Below, piece after piece: positions 28,298 through 35,453 of a stretch of 59,032 nucleotides of DNA. Below the pieces are notes generated by a model. The model did not search any database, had not been told where the DNA came from, and was given only the letters and a program-made list of their open reading frames with translations. Location of the stretch: the IMG/VR virus record IMGVR_UViG_3300025084_000024, positions 1-59,032 of that record. One strand, given 5' to 3'. Source of the DNA: a virus (taxonomy: Duplodnaviria; Caudoviricetes). Within the stretch, counting starts at the first letter, position 1; the number at the start of each line of letters is the position of its first letter. A program made the translations under genes and the position numbers.

Positions 28298-28798
28298 TTA
28301 AAGTGTGCTTAATTCTTTTTCTAATTCAGGTGTAAGTTTATATTTATTTTTAATCTTTTCAAGTGATCCACCTTTTTTCAAATATTCTTTAGCCTCTGGG
28401 ACCCAGTTGTTATTTGAAGCTGTAGTTGCATCAGCATCTGCGGTATCATCAATTAAAAATAGATTACCTAAAGCATACTTTTTAGCATAAGAACTAGCTG
28501 TGCCATATCTTTGAGGCATTGCTTGGCCTTTAAACATAACATCAACTCCTACGACTGCAGTTGCTGAAAGCTCATTTAGATTATCTCTAATGGTTGCTGT
28601 TGATTGAATTACCGAAGGATCGTTAGATATAAGTTCTTCAGTTGTAGTAACGGTTACATCAAGCTCTAGTAAGAATGGTTTTAAAGCTTCTAAGATGTCT
28701 TCGGCTGATCTATAGTAATAGTTTCCGAATTTGTTAAAGCGACTTTTTTTTGCTTTTAACTTGGTTTGAATGGTTGCTAATTTTTGTGTCAATTCCAT
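28298..28798 (-). CDS. ERF-family ssDNA annealing protein
   Basis: 'FNKFGNYYYRSAEDILEALKP' and 'GTASSYAKKYALGNLFLIDD'. Start set at MELTQKL, downstream of the promoter motif. Confidence 0.88.
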   Translation of the reverse strand: MELTQKLATIQTKLKAKKSRFNKFGNYYYRSAEDILEALKPFLLELDVTVTTTEELISNDPSVIQSTATIRDNLNELSATAVVGVDVMFKGQAMPQRYGTASSYAKKYALGNLFLIDDTADADATTASNNNWVPEAKEYLKKGGSLEKIKNKYKLTPELEKELSTL

Positions 28799-28822
28799 AA
28801 AAAAAATTAGATTGGTTAATAA

Positions 28823-28852
28823 TATAATCACGCATCTCGTGTATTATTTACA
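28823..28852 (-). promoter_or_regulatory. Class II promoter-like motif (TGTAA-N16-GTGATTATA) heading the replication operon
   Basis: Reverse-complement match with exact spacing, located between the sigma and ERF genes. Confidence 0.6.
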
Positions 28853-28870
28853 CGGAATCTCCTATTTAAC

Positions 28871-29623
28871 TTACAGATAATCAAGCACTTGCGAACTATC
28901 TACGTTGTCAATTAGTTTTTGTATTGCTGCTTTTTTAATTTCGGATACTCTTACGTAAGAACTAGGTCCTTCAATACCTATAATCTTTGCGATGTCATTA
29001 GCAGAATGCTTATCGCAATCCAATCCGTAAGATAAGCGTAATACTTCATATTCTTTTGGATTTAAGTTCTTTTTTAGTATACTTTTTAAATATATATTAA
29101 GCATACCTAAATTATATGGTTCAGATCTGTCTGGCACTTGATCAAAATAACTTTCTTCGTTATCAATTTGTTCGTCTATACTTAAAAATATACTATTAAA
29201 AAATATTTCAACTATTTTTTTATCCTCAGGATTTTGGCGCATTTCGTTTAATCTATGTTCTGGTATACGTATATGTCCTCTAGTTATATCTATTGATCTG
29301 CGTATTGCACCTTTAATTCTTTTAGATAGAAAAGATTTAATTGTTTTTTCAGGATCTTCTGATTCAACTATCTTACTCATTTCTATTTTATCAACTGCAG
29401 CAACTAATCCTTTACTTCCTTCTTGTATAAGGTCAGTTATATCTAATATACCTGATGCTTGTTGTGATGTTGCAAATTTATGTGCCATGTTTTCTACTAA
29501 TGGTAAGAATCTTATGATTAGCTCATCTCTAGTGTAAAGATCATACGTTTGTTTATCTTCTGGCATACTGTTTTGTAAATCAGTTTTATACCGAATGTAG
29601 TTCTTTACATTATATTTTTTCAT
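28871..29623 (-). CDS. Phage sigma-70-family factor
   Basis: Region 2 'LIIRFLPLV..DLIQEGSKGL..RIKGAIRR..IRIP'. Region 4 'LNPKEYEVLRLSYGL..DIAKIIGI..RVSEIKKAAIQKL'. Confidence 0.92.
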   Translation of the reverse strand: MKKYNVKNYIRYKTDLQNSMPEDKQTYDLYTRDELIIRFLPLVENMAHKFATSQQASGILDITDLIQEGSKGLVAAVDKIEMSKIVESEDPEKTIKSFLSKRIKGAIRRSIDITRGHIRIPEHRLNEMRQNPEDKKIVEIFFNSIFLSIDEQIDNEESYFDQVPDRSEPYNLGMLNIYLKSILKKNLNPKEYEVLRLSYGLDCDKHSANDIAKIIGIEGPSSYVRVSEIKKAAIQKLIDNVDSSQVLDYL

Positions 29624-29627
29624 GTGC

Positions 29628-30242
29628 TTAAATCATAGAGTTCAATAAATTTTTTTCGGTTTTTAATTGGTTATCAAGGTTTCTGTACACGGTTCGGGTT
29701 GAACAGCCAAGCATCCGTGCGATGGTTTGAACTGTTATGCATTCATGCATATCGTGTATAGCATTCATGCATTCATATATATTTTCTTTTGTTGCAATCT
29801 TAGATCGACCAATTAGTTTGCCTACAATACTTAACTTTTCTGATCGGGTTAACCCAGTAATATCATTGAATATTATTTTACGCGATTTATTTTTTGGTGG
29901 TCGTTCCAAATCTAATTTATAAATGTCATTAATAATACTCATCAATATATCCTCAGATATTTCAAAGGTAATAAAATTATTTGGTTTATATGCAATATGT
30001 TTGCATAAACTTTTAAATCCTTGCTCTGATAGGTTAGGATTTAAATATGTTAACACAAGTAAATGCCATTTCAAAGATCTATATGTATTGATCTTAGCTT
30101 TGCTTCTGAATAGTTCGTAACATTCATGCGTGCCGTCTTTATAAAACTTTCCCCATTCAAATACATTAGAAGGTTTATCTGTAACTGGATCTCTCCGATA
30201 TATTATTCTATTATTATTTAAATATTCCATCCTGCGTGACAT
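29628..30242 (-). CDS. HTH DNA-binding protein, possibly a Rep-like replication initiator
   Basis: C-terminal 'TIARMLGCSTRTVYRNL' HTH preceded by 'EKLSIVGKLIGR'. The start may be at 30230. Confidence 0.7.
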   Translation of the reverse strand: MSRRMEYLNNNRIIYRRDPVTDKPSNVFEWGKFYKDGTHECYELFRSKAKINTYRSLKWHLLVLTYLNPNLSEQGFKSLCKHIAYKPNNFITFEISEDILMSIINDIYKLDLERPPKNKSRKIIFNDITGLTRSEKLSIVGKLIGRSKIATKENIYECMNAIHDMHECITVQTIARMLGCSTRTVYRNLDNQLKTEKNLLNSMI

Positions 30243-30283
30243 TAGCCTGCTACTCGTTATATATTAATTAGCTTACGTCGCAT
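30234..30283 (-). promoter_or_regulatory. ~50-bp quasi-palindromic element, copy 1
   Basis: Reverse complement ATGCGACGTAAGCTAATTAATATATAACGAGTAGCAGGCTAATGTCACGC aligns with the copies at 33859 and 35338. Confidence 0.75.
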
Positions 30284-30501
30284 CACATTTCAAGAAGTTT
30301 TAGCCTTTGGCTATACTTTTTAATAAGGTCTGCTTTATGTTTTAATATTTTTACTGGTATAATACCGCTGTGATTATAAGACAGAACGTCTTCAATTATT
30401 TCTTGCCTTAATAAGTATATATTATTCCATATATAATCTTTATGATCTTTAGTTCTGTTTACCCAGATTACAATTTGTTTATTACCTATTTTAATTTTCA
30501 T
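30283..30501 (-). CDS. Hypothetical protein
   Basis: 72-aa ORF, translationally coupled. Confidence 0.55.
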   Translation of the reverse strand: MKIKIGNKQIVIWVNRTKDHKDYIWNNIYLLRQEIIEDVLSYNHSGIIPVKILKHKADLIKKYSQRLKLLEM

Positions 30502-30716
30502 AATATATTATCAATTTTTCTTTGTATATGTTCAAGCCTTCGTTTAATTATACTTGCTCTTTCATATTGTTCAGACTCTTCACACTGTTCTAACAATTCG
30601 CTTAAGCGGCTATGTTCGTCTAGCAATATTAAGAAATTATTTCCTTCGCCGGTAATTTTTTTATATAATTTATCTGCAATCATTTCAGCAATTACTTTAG
30701 CTTCCTTTTCAGTCAT
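30498..30716 (-). CDS. Small protein with UVR-like coiled-coil motif
   Basis: 'LEQCEESEQYERASIIKRRL' resembles the UvrB/C motif. Confidence 0.6.
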   Translation of the reverse strand: MTEKEAKVIAEMIADKLYKKITGEGNNFLILLDEHSRLSELLEQCEESEQYERASIIKRRLEHIQRKIDNIL

Positions 30717-30918
30717 CAGTTGTTTCTATTAATTTATAGATATAATTTAACACCTTAAGTTCTGTCTGAGCACCTTCAATAAGGCTATTCATTTCTTCAC
30801 GTGTAATATTACCTTTAAACACACCGCTTTTAAGTTCACGACGTAAATCGTTTAAGTGTATATTGGCGTGTATTACTTTAGCATAGATTTTATTGTTTGC
30901 TCTTTCTTTAGTTGTCAT
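30709..30918 (-). CDS. Hypothetical protein
   Basis: Start set at MTTKERA, downstream of the early motif copy at 30944. Confidence 0.55.
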   Translation of the reverse strand: MTTKERANNKIYAKVIHANIHLNDLRRELKSGVFKGNITREEMNSLIEGAQTELKVLNYIYKLIETTDD

Positions 30919-31390
30919 GTTTAAATTGTTTATCATCAATTATATTATCAAGTTGACTACGTAAAACATCTGTAAATTTATGCCCCATTGATTCCATTTT
31001 AATTAAACAATTACGGGTAAAGGTATACATTTCTTTATTTTGTAATAATTTAATTCTATATTTATCACGGTAGAATCTATTAGGATCAATGCTTTTAACT
31101 TGCAATCGCATTTTATTATCCAACTGTTCTTTTAGTTTTAAATATTTATTGTGATAATTTTTTTCCCATAAAGGATTAATTACATTTTCAAATAATTTAA
31201 GACCGTGAATAACGGTTGCGTGATCTTTGCTTACTGTTCTTCCAATAGAAGTTAATGATTCTCCTGAATAATCTTGAGCTAATTTATAATAAATTGCTCT
31301 GGGATACACTACATCACGTCGGCGTGTAGTTTCTTGTATTCTTTTATTAAATGCGTTGTTTACTGCGTTTCTAATAGCTATCGAGTTCAT
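30908..31390 (-). CDS. DnaA C-terminal (domain IV) HTH-like protein
   Basis: 'RRRDVVYPRAIYYKLA..SLTSIGRTVSKDHATVIHGLK' matches the DnaA domain IV signature. Confidence 0.85.
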   Translation of the reverse strand: MNSIAIRNAVNNAFNKRIQETTRRRDVVYPRAIYYKLAQDYSGESLTSIGRTVSKDHATVIHGLKLFENVINPLWEKNYHNKYLKLKEQLDNKMRLQVKSIDPNRFYRDKYRIKLLQNKEMYTFTRNCLIKMESMGHKFTDVLRSQLDNIIDDKQFKHDN

Positions 31391-31505
31391 GTGGTTTTGT
31401 TTTTGCGTGTGGGTTAATAGTTGGTTGTTTCCATTTATATCCTAATATGGGATGTATTTTGTAATCGTGTACATCCGAAAACATTAATTCTTTTTCTTTT
31501 TTCAT
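31371..31505 (-). CDS. 44-aa hypothetical protein, not in the ORF track
   Basis: MKKEKELMFSDVHDYKIHPILGYKWKQPT..., coupled (TAATG) to the upstream ORF. Confidence 0.5.
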   Translation of the reverse strand: MKKEKELMFSDVHDYKIHPILGYKWKQPTINPHAKTKPHELDSY

Positions 31506-31711
31506 TATACTATTTCTAAATTAAGTTCATGTGCTACGTAATTAATGTGTCTGCTTGTTGTAGGACTGCTTGCGCCTACGCCATCTACCCACCAAGGCAT
31601 TTTCTTTAGTGTGTTACCGTAGATTGTTGCAACGTGTGTATCATATGAAATAATTGCGTCGCCACATCTTTTAAGGTTTTGTTTGTATCTGTCAAATCTT
31701 ACTGGTCTCAT
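31505..31711 (-). CDS. Hypothetical early protein
   Basis: 'ISYDTHVATI...SPTTSRHINY' motif recurrent in small phage proteins. Confidence 0.65.
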   Translation of the reverse strand: MRPVRFDRYKQNLKRCGDAIISYDTHVATIYGNTLKKMPWWVDGVGASSPTTSRHINYVAHELNLEIV

Positions 31712-31929
31712 AGTTTTATAAATGTTAATGGTTTAATATATTTGTTAATGAATTTGCCAATTGATTCAGCATTGCGCATGCCTTCAAACATAAAGGGTTC
31801 AACGCTTTTGTAAAGGTATTCTCGGTTGTTTACAAATGTAAGCGTGAGCTCACTGGTTTCGTAGTTGTACTCCGCAAGTTTAATTGCTGCAGAGTTTACA
31901 TTGATTCTTTCTTTAATTAGTTTTTTCAT
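31708..31929 (-). CDS. KTSC-domain protein
   Basis: 'VNSAAIKLAEYN..LTLTF..EYLYKSV..AESIGKFINKYIK'. Confidence 0.88.
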   Translation of the reverse strand: MKKLIKERINVNSAAIKLAEYNYETSELTLTFVNNREYLYKSVEPFMFEGMRNAESIGKFINKYIKPLTFIKL

Positions 31930-32137
31930 GGTTATTTAATTTTATTATATTATCAAGGGTCTTGCGTGTTAATTCTGCAGATGGTATTCCGTCTACAATA
32001 TCTGTTGTTATATCTTTGGGGTAATGTTTTAATATGTTTTGAATTACCCCGTCAAGTACATGATCATCCAGCTCGTTGTTGAGTGTGTAGTGATCAGTTT
32101 TATTTTTATACGTTACAGATAGCTTACTCAGTCCCAT
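31913..32137 (-). CDS. Hypothetical early protein
   Basis: 74-aa ORF. Confidence 0.5.
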   Translation of the reverse strand: MGLSKLSVTYKNKTDHYTLNNELDDHVLDGVIQNILKHYPKDITTDIVDGIPSAELTRKTLDNIIKLNNHEKTN

Positions 32138-32453
32138 CGTCGTCTATATTTTCGCTTAGCCATCTTTCAATCTCAGACTCGTCCATGTATTCATCTACGT
32201 CATCCATAAGGATTCTAGCCTCAGGAATATCTTCAGCTACCTGCACAATGCGTTCCATGATAGTATCAAAGTCAGGTTGATAGTAGTATACATCATTTTC
32301 CCAGTTGAGGCAGCCAGGGTCTTCGGTTAAAATATAAACGTTGTATCCGTCTGCTGTCATGTACTCAGTTAATTGTAAATCATTATCACAATAGTCGTCA
32401 AAGTTTGTAATGGTTATATTTAGATGTTGTTCTAGTCTTTCTAATGGTGTCAT
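32124..32453 (-). CDS. Highly acidic early protein (possible DNA mimic)
   Basis: 109 aa, strongly Asp/Glu-rich with few basic residues. Confidence 0.65.
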   Translation of the reverse strand: MTPLERLEQHLNITITNFDDYCDNDLQLTEYMTADGYNVYILTEDPGCLNWENDVYYYQPDFDTIMERIVQVAEDIPEARILMDDVDEYMDESEIERWLSENIDDDGTE

Positions 32454-32482
32454 AATTTTTGGTTTTAAGGTTTATAATATTG

Positions 32483-32551
32483 TACGGAGGAGGAGGAACA
32501 TTACCCTCGCTTTATCTCGAGATTTTATTTGCCCGTCGGCAATCCCCCGTA
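32483..32551 (-). ncRNA. Candidate 69-nt multi-stem structured RNA
   Basis: GC-rich intergenic island. 9-bp closing stem TACGGGGGA/TCCTCCGTA encloses hairpins TTGCC/GGCAA and GAGGG/TCCTC. Strand inferred from local transcription direction. Confidence 0.45.
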
Positions 32552-32583
32552 GTTGATTACACATATATGTATGTGTATAGCAT

Positions 32584-32799
32584 TTAGTCTTCGACCTGTT
32601 CAGGTGCTTTGTATTTGTTATCAATGTAGTCAATCAATCTTACCGTGAAGTATTCGATTAAGTCATTGCCTTCAAAGCCATCATCAAGTAATGGTTTAAG
32701 CTTTTCAATGTTGTAGTCAAACGCCCAGTCGTCAACTAAACCTCTCATGCGTTCGTGCTTTCTTTTAAGTTCTAAATAGTTTTCTAGTTTGTTACTCAT
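32584..32799 (-). CDS. Hypothetical early protein
   Basis: 71 aa, downstream of motif copy 32826. Confidence 0.6.
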   Translation of the reverse strand: MSNKLENYLELKRKHERMRGLVDDWAFDYNIEKLKPLLDDGFEGNDLIEYFTVRLIDYIDNKYKAPEQVED

Positions 32800-32846
32800 A
32801 ATTATTATTTTTTAGATTCATATATATTATCAATAGCCTTGCGTAT

Positions 32847-32999
32847 TTATTCTGTAAGAGCGTGAGCTATCTTAAGTAATTCAACTGTGCTTTCGTGTTC
32901 GGCTTCAACACGCCATGAGTTCTTTTCCTTTACTTCTAATCTCCAACTATTCATATTGAACCCACCTCGGATCTGCCAGTCTTGTATGTTTCTTTTCAT
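32847..32999 (-). CDS. 50-aa early protein, not in the ORF track
   Basis: MKRNIQDWQIRGG...AHALTE. The stop lies inside the promoter motif. Confidence 0.55.
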   Translation of the reverse strand: MKRNIQDWQIRGGFNMNSWRLEVKEKNSWRVEAEHESTVELLKIAHALTE

Positions 33000-33166
33000 T
33001 TTGTTACGCGTTTAATTAATGTAAATAATATTTGTTGCTTTACTTTTAGTTCGAGTTCATTAACATCTGGGTAGTTAGTTCCATCCAATGTCCAGTGGAC
33101 TGTCTTGTTAATATAATTTTCAATATCATCTGTGCACTCTTGTGCAAATCTTTCAACTGCTTTCAT
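32996..33166 (-). CDS. 56-aa early protein, not in the ORF track
   Basis: MKAVERFAQECTDDIENY..., ATGA-coupled on both sides. Confidence 0.6.
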   Translation of the reverse strand: MKAVERFAQECTDDIENYINKTVHWTLDGTNYPDVNELELKVKQQILFTLIKRVTK

Positions 33167-33309
33167 CCTATATATTCTAATAAGTTTTTAATCTTCTTTA
33201 AATTCTTGTGTGCAATTTGTGCATTCATAAAGTGTGCATAGTCTGGGCCAAGTTCAACCAGATCATCGATCGTTTGGCGTAGCTCATAGAGTTTGTCTTT
33301 TGTTTTCAT
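33163..33309 (-). CDS. 48-aa early protein, not in the ORF track
   Basis: MKTKDKLYELRQTIDDLVELG..., ATGA-coupled. Confidence 0.6.
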   Translation of the reverse strand: MKTKDKLYELRQTIDDLVELGPDYAHFMNAQIAHKNLKKIKNLLEYIG

Positions 33310-33310
33310 A

Positions 33311-33457
33311 TTATTTGTTCTTTAAATATATATTATAATCTTCTTTTACTTTATCTAATACCCTGCTTAAATCTTGTGGGTCATAATCAAAGGTTGAAAC
33401 TTTCATCCAGTGTGCAACGGATTCTAAGGATTCAATTGCTTGTTCTTTATTTGTCAT
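33311..33457 (-). CDS. 48-aa early protein, not in the ORF track
   Basis: MTNKEQAIESLESVAHW..., tightly packed between neighbours. Confidence 0.55.
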   Translation of the reverse strand: MTNKEQAIESLESVAHWMKVSTFDYDPQDLSRVLDKVKEDYNIYLKNK

Positions 33458-33468
33458 AGTGTATAATA

Positions 33469-33729
33469 TTATGTTCCGCTATAGCCCCAGGCCCCAGCTT
33501 CACTGTTTAAATATTCATCTTGCATTTTATCAAGCTCAACCTTAGTATCATACTTAGATACATGTTCTCTAATAGTATCAACAGCCTCAGAAATATCATC
33601 GAAGTTGATGTGTGTATGTGCTGACGGTCTTTTAAGTATTACCGTGGCACCCAGTGAACTGATCTTATTACCCATATAGTCATAAGTACCAAGCTTAAAG
33701 TCATATTTTTCGTTTGATAAGTTTTTCAT
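33469..33729 (-). CDS. Hypothetical early protein
   Basis: 86 aa, downstream of motif copy 33818. Confidence 0.6.
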   Translation of the reverse strand: MKNLSNEKYDFKLGTYDYMGNKISSLGATVILKRPSAHTHINFDDISEAVDTIREHVSKYDTKVELDKMQDEYLNSEAGAWGYSGT

Positions 33730-33858
33730 TTGTAAAGGTGTTAAGTTATTTGTATATATTTTTTTTAGGTTAGTTATAATGCATAATCAGTATGCACATA
33801 TATAATTATTTATAATTATTATCGGGTTGATTACGTATTTATTCTGTAAGCTTCCTGA

Positions 33859-33907
33859 GTGCGACATTAGGTACTTAATATAGATTAATAACAGGCTATT
33901 GTCACAC
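33859..33907 (+). promoter_or_regulatory. ~50-bp quasi-palindromic element, copy 2
   Basis: GTGCGACATTAGGTACTTAATATAGATTAATAACAGGCTATTGTCACAC. Confidence 0.75.
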
Positions 33908-33949
33908 ACTTTAATCGTGTTGGAATTTTGGATTCGATGTTATGAAATC

Positions 33950-34057
33950 TAATTCACTTTTCCACTGTTCAGGTGTTATTTGTTTTTGCATTGCTTTAAG
34001 GTATAGACTGGTGACGTCTACATTATATCCATCTTTACTTTTAATTGTTACCATCAT
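33950..34057 (-). CDS. 35-aa early protein, not in the ORF track
   Basis: MMVTIKSKDGYNVDVTSLY..., directly downstream of motif copy 34075. Confidence 0.5.
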
Positions 34058-34094
34058 AGTTTTATATTTATTATATTATCAGATCATTAACGTA

Positions 34095-34289
34095 TTATTT
34101 TTGTAAAGTCTCTTTTATATCTTCAAGTTCTACTAGGTCTTGGTTGATTAAGAATGATAATTCTCTGTTATCATTTTTCATTATATATTCTATTAGATCT
34201 AATCTATCTGTGATATCATAGTGACTTTCATCGTTATAAATTTGGATTAAAGAATTGTAAACTTCATCTCTGTCAATAGTGTGTGTCAT
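34095..34289 (-). CDS. Acidic hypothetical early protein
   Basis: 64 aa. Motif upstream, stop inside the next motif. Confidence 0.6.
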   Translation of the reverse strand: MTHTIDRDEVYNSLIQIYNDESHYDITDRLDLIEYIMKNDNRELSFLINQDLVELEDIKETLQK

Positions 34290-34333
34290 AATTTTATATT
34301 TTAAGTTTATTATATTATCAAGTCAAGGACGTA

Positions 34334-34510
34334 TTATTTCTGTAAGGACTCACTTTGGTCGACGACGGAGGTGAGGTTCAGATCGATCTTCTCGATGACT
34401 TCGTTTACGTGTTCTTCAAATTTTGGTGGCACATCGTCTTTGTGTCGATTTATTAATAGGTCTTCAACTGCGTACCTCATCAGGTTCAATTCGTTCTTTG
34501 TAAATTTCAT
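34334..34510 (-). CDS. 58-aa early protein, not in the ORF track
   Basis: MKFTKNELNLMRYAVEDLL...ESLQK. Stop inside motif copy 34314. Confidence 0.55.
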   Translation of the reverse strand: MKFTKNELNLMRYAVEDLLINRHKDDVPPKFEEHVNEVIEKIDLNLTSVVDQSESLQK

Positions 34511-34511
34511 A

Positions 34512-34634
34512 TTATATATTTTTATTATAGTTATAATTCATTAGTGCCATGTGTGCATCCCAGAGCTCGTCGGCTTCTTCTTGTCGTTCGGGATCGTGTT
34601 CGATTAGTCGGTATTTTTCTAGGTATTCACTCAT
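34512..34634 (-). CDS. 40-aa early protein, not in the ORF track
   Basis: MSEYLEKYRLIEHDPERQEEADELW..., downstream of motif copy 34648. Confidence 0.5.
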   Translation of the reverse strand: MSEYLEKYRLIEHDPERQEEADELWDAHMALMNYNYNKNI

Positions 34635-34668
34635 ATTATTTTATATTATTATCAATTGTATTACGTAT

Positions 34669-34830
34669 TTATTCTGTAACCTCTATCACTTCTTTTATTT
34701 CGTCTAAGCCCCATTTTGCAGCTGCATATTTAGTTGCTTCCATTATACTATTAGCTCTTACATAACTATAGAAGTTTCTTAAATTTCTTTTTGAATCTAT
34801 CCAATGTGATTCTTTAATTACTTTGTACAT
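34669..34830 (-). CDS. 53-aa early protein, not in the ORF track
   Basis: MYKVIKESHWIDSKRN...IEVTE. Bounded by two motif copies. Confidence 0.55.
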   Translation of the reverse strand: MYKVIKESHWIDSKRNLRNFYSYVRANSIMEATKYAAAKWGLDEIKEVIEVTE

Positions 34831-34883
34831 ATCTTTTATTTTATATTATTATCAAATTAGTTGCGTATTATTTCTGTAAGGTT

Positions 34884-35084
34884 TTAGATTAGATCTGGAT
34901 TTGCATTAGGTTGTAAGTGATATACTCTATAGTAGTATTCTTCTATACTTTCATTATATTTCATTTCTATTGTACTTTCAACATAAATTAAATTTTCATT
35001 TTTAATTTGTTCTTCACTTCCATAGTAATTTGGTAAATGAATCTTTTCCATTTCGTTTAGTATTAAACTTGTTAGATCTAGCAT
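34884..35084 (-). CDS. Hypothetical early protein (first gene of the minus arm)
   Basis: 66 aa, downstream of motif copy 35113. Confidence 0.6.
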   Translation of the reverse strand: MLDLTSLILNEMEKIHLPNYYGSEEQIKNENLIYVESTIEMKYNESIEEYYYRVYHLQPNANPDLI

Positions 35085-35144
35085 AGTATTTATATTTATT
35101 AGTTACATTTATATTATCAAATGGATAACGTATTATTTCTGCAA

Positions 35145-35400
35145 ACTTTCAAAATAGTTTTCAAATGAAAAAGATCAAAAAGTACGTGATTTTTCTGTAA
35201 AACCTAAAACCTTCCGTGTTTTTTCTGTAAAAAAGGGGGAACCCGGTAAAACTAAAACAACTTTCTGTAAAGTACTGGTACTCAAATATATACATACAAC
35301 ACAAAATCTATACATATCTAACGTATTTTTTAACCCAGTGTGACGTTAGGTAGTTATAAATACTTTAGTAGTAGGCTAATGTCGCATACGATGTAAAATT
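35145..35400. other. Divergent non-coding control region (candidate physical end / origin)
   Basis: Longest non-coding stretch, at the strand switch. Contains TTTCTGTAAA x3, a GGGGG run and quasi-palindrome copy 3. Confidence 0.55.
35338..35387 (+). promoter_or_regulatory. ~50-bp quasi-palindromic element, copy 3
   Basis: GTGTGACGTTAGGTAGTTATAAATACTTTAGTAGTAGGCTAATGTCGCAT. Confidence 0.75.
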
Positions 35401-35430
35401 TGTAAGTTGTGTGTAACTTATGCGATTATA
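35401..35430 (+). promoter_or_regulatory. Class II promoter-like motif (TGTAA-N16-GCGATTATA) heading the plus arm
   Basis: Exact spacing, 23 nt upstream of the first plus-strand ATG. Confidence 0.6.
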
Positions 35431-35453
35431 AAAGAATAGAATTATATTTAATT

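Larger units (their letters stand above)
30944..35144 (-). promoter_or_regulatory. Array of nine 32-bp early promoter-like motifs (+ strand ATTATC-N10-CGTR-N6-(C)TGYAA)
   Basis: Copies start at 30944, 31949, 32826, 33818, 34075, 34314, 34648, 34848 and 35113. All have identical spacing and lie upstream of minus-strand ORFs. Confidence 0.85.

Noticed and set aside
30507-30540. Tenth early-motif copy
   Set aside because: ATTATC box is present but the CGTR and TGYAA boxes are degenerate.
32483-32551. Canonical tRNA gene
   Set aside because: No T-loop or D-loop consensus and no 7-nt anticodon loop. Kept only as an ncRNA candidate.
30944-35144. Early repeats as a CRISPR array or integron attC sites
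   Set aside because: Spacing is irregular (200-1000 bp), the intervening DNA is coding, only short boxes are conserved, and no cas or integrase gene is present.
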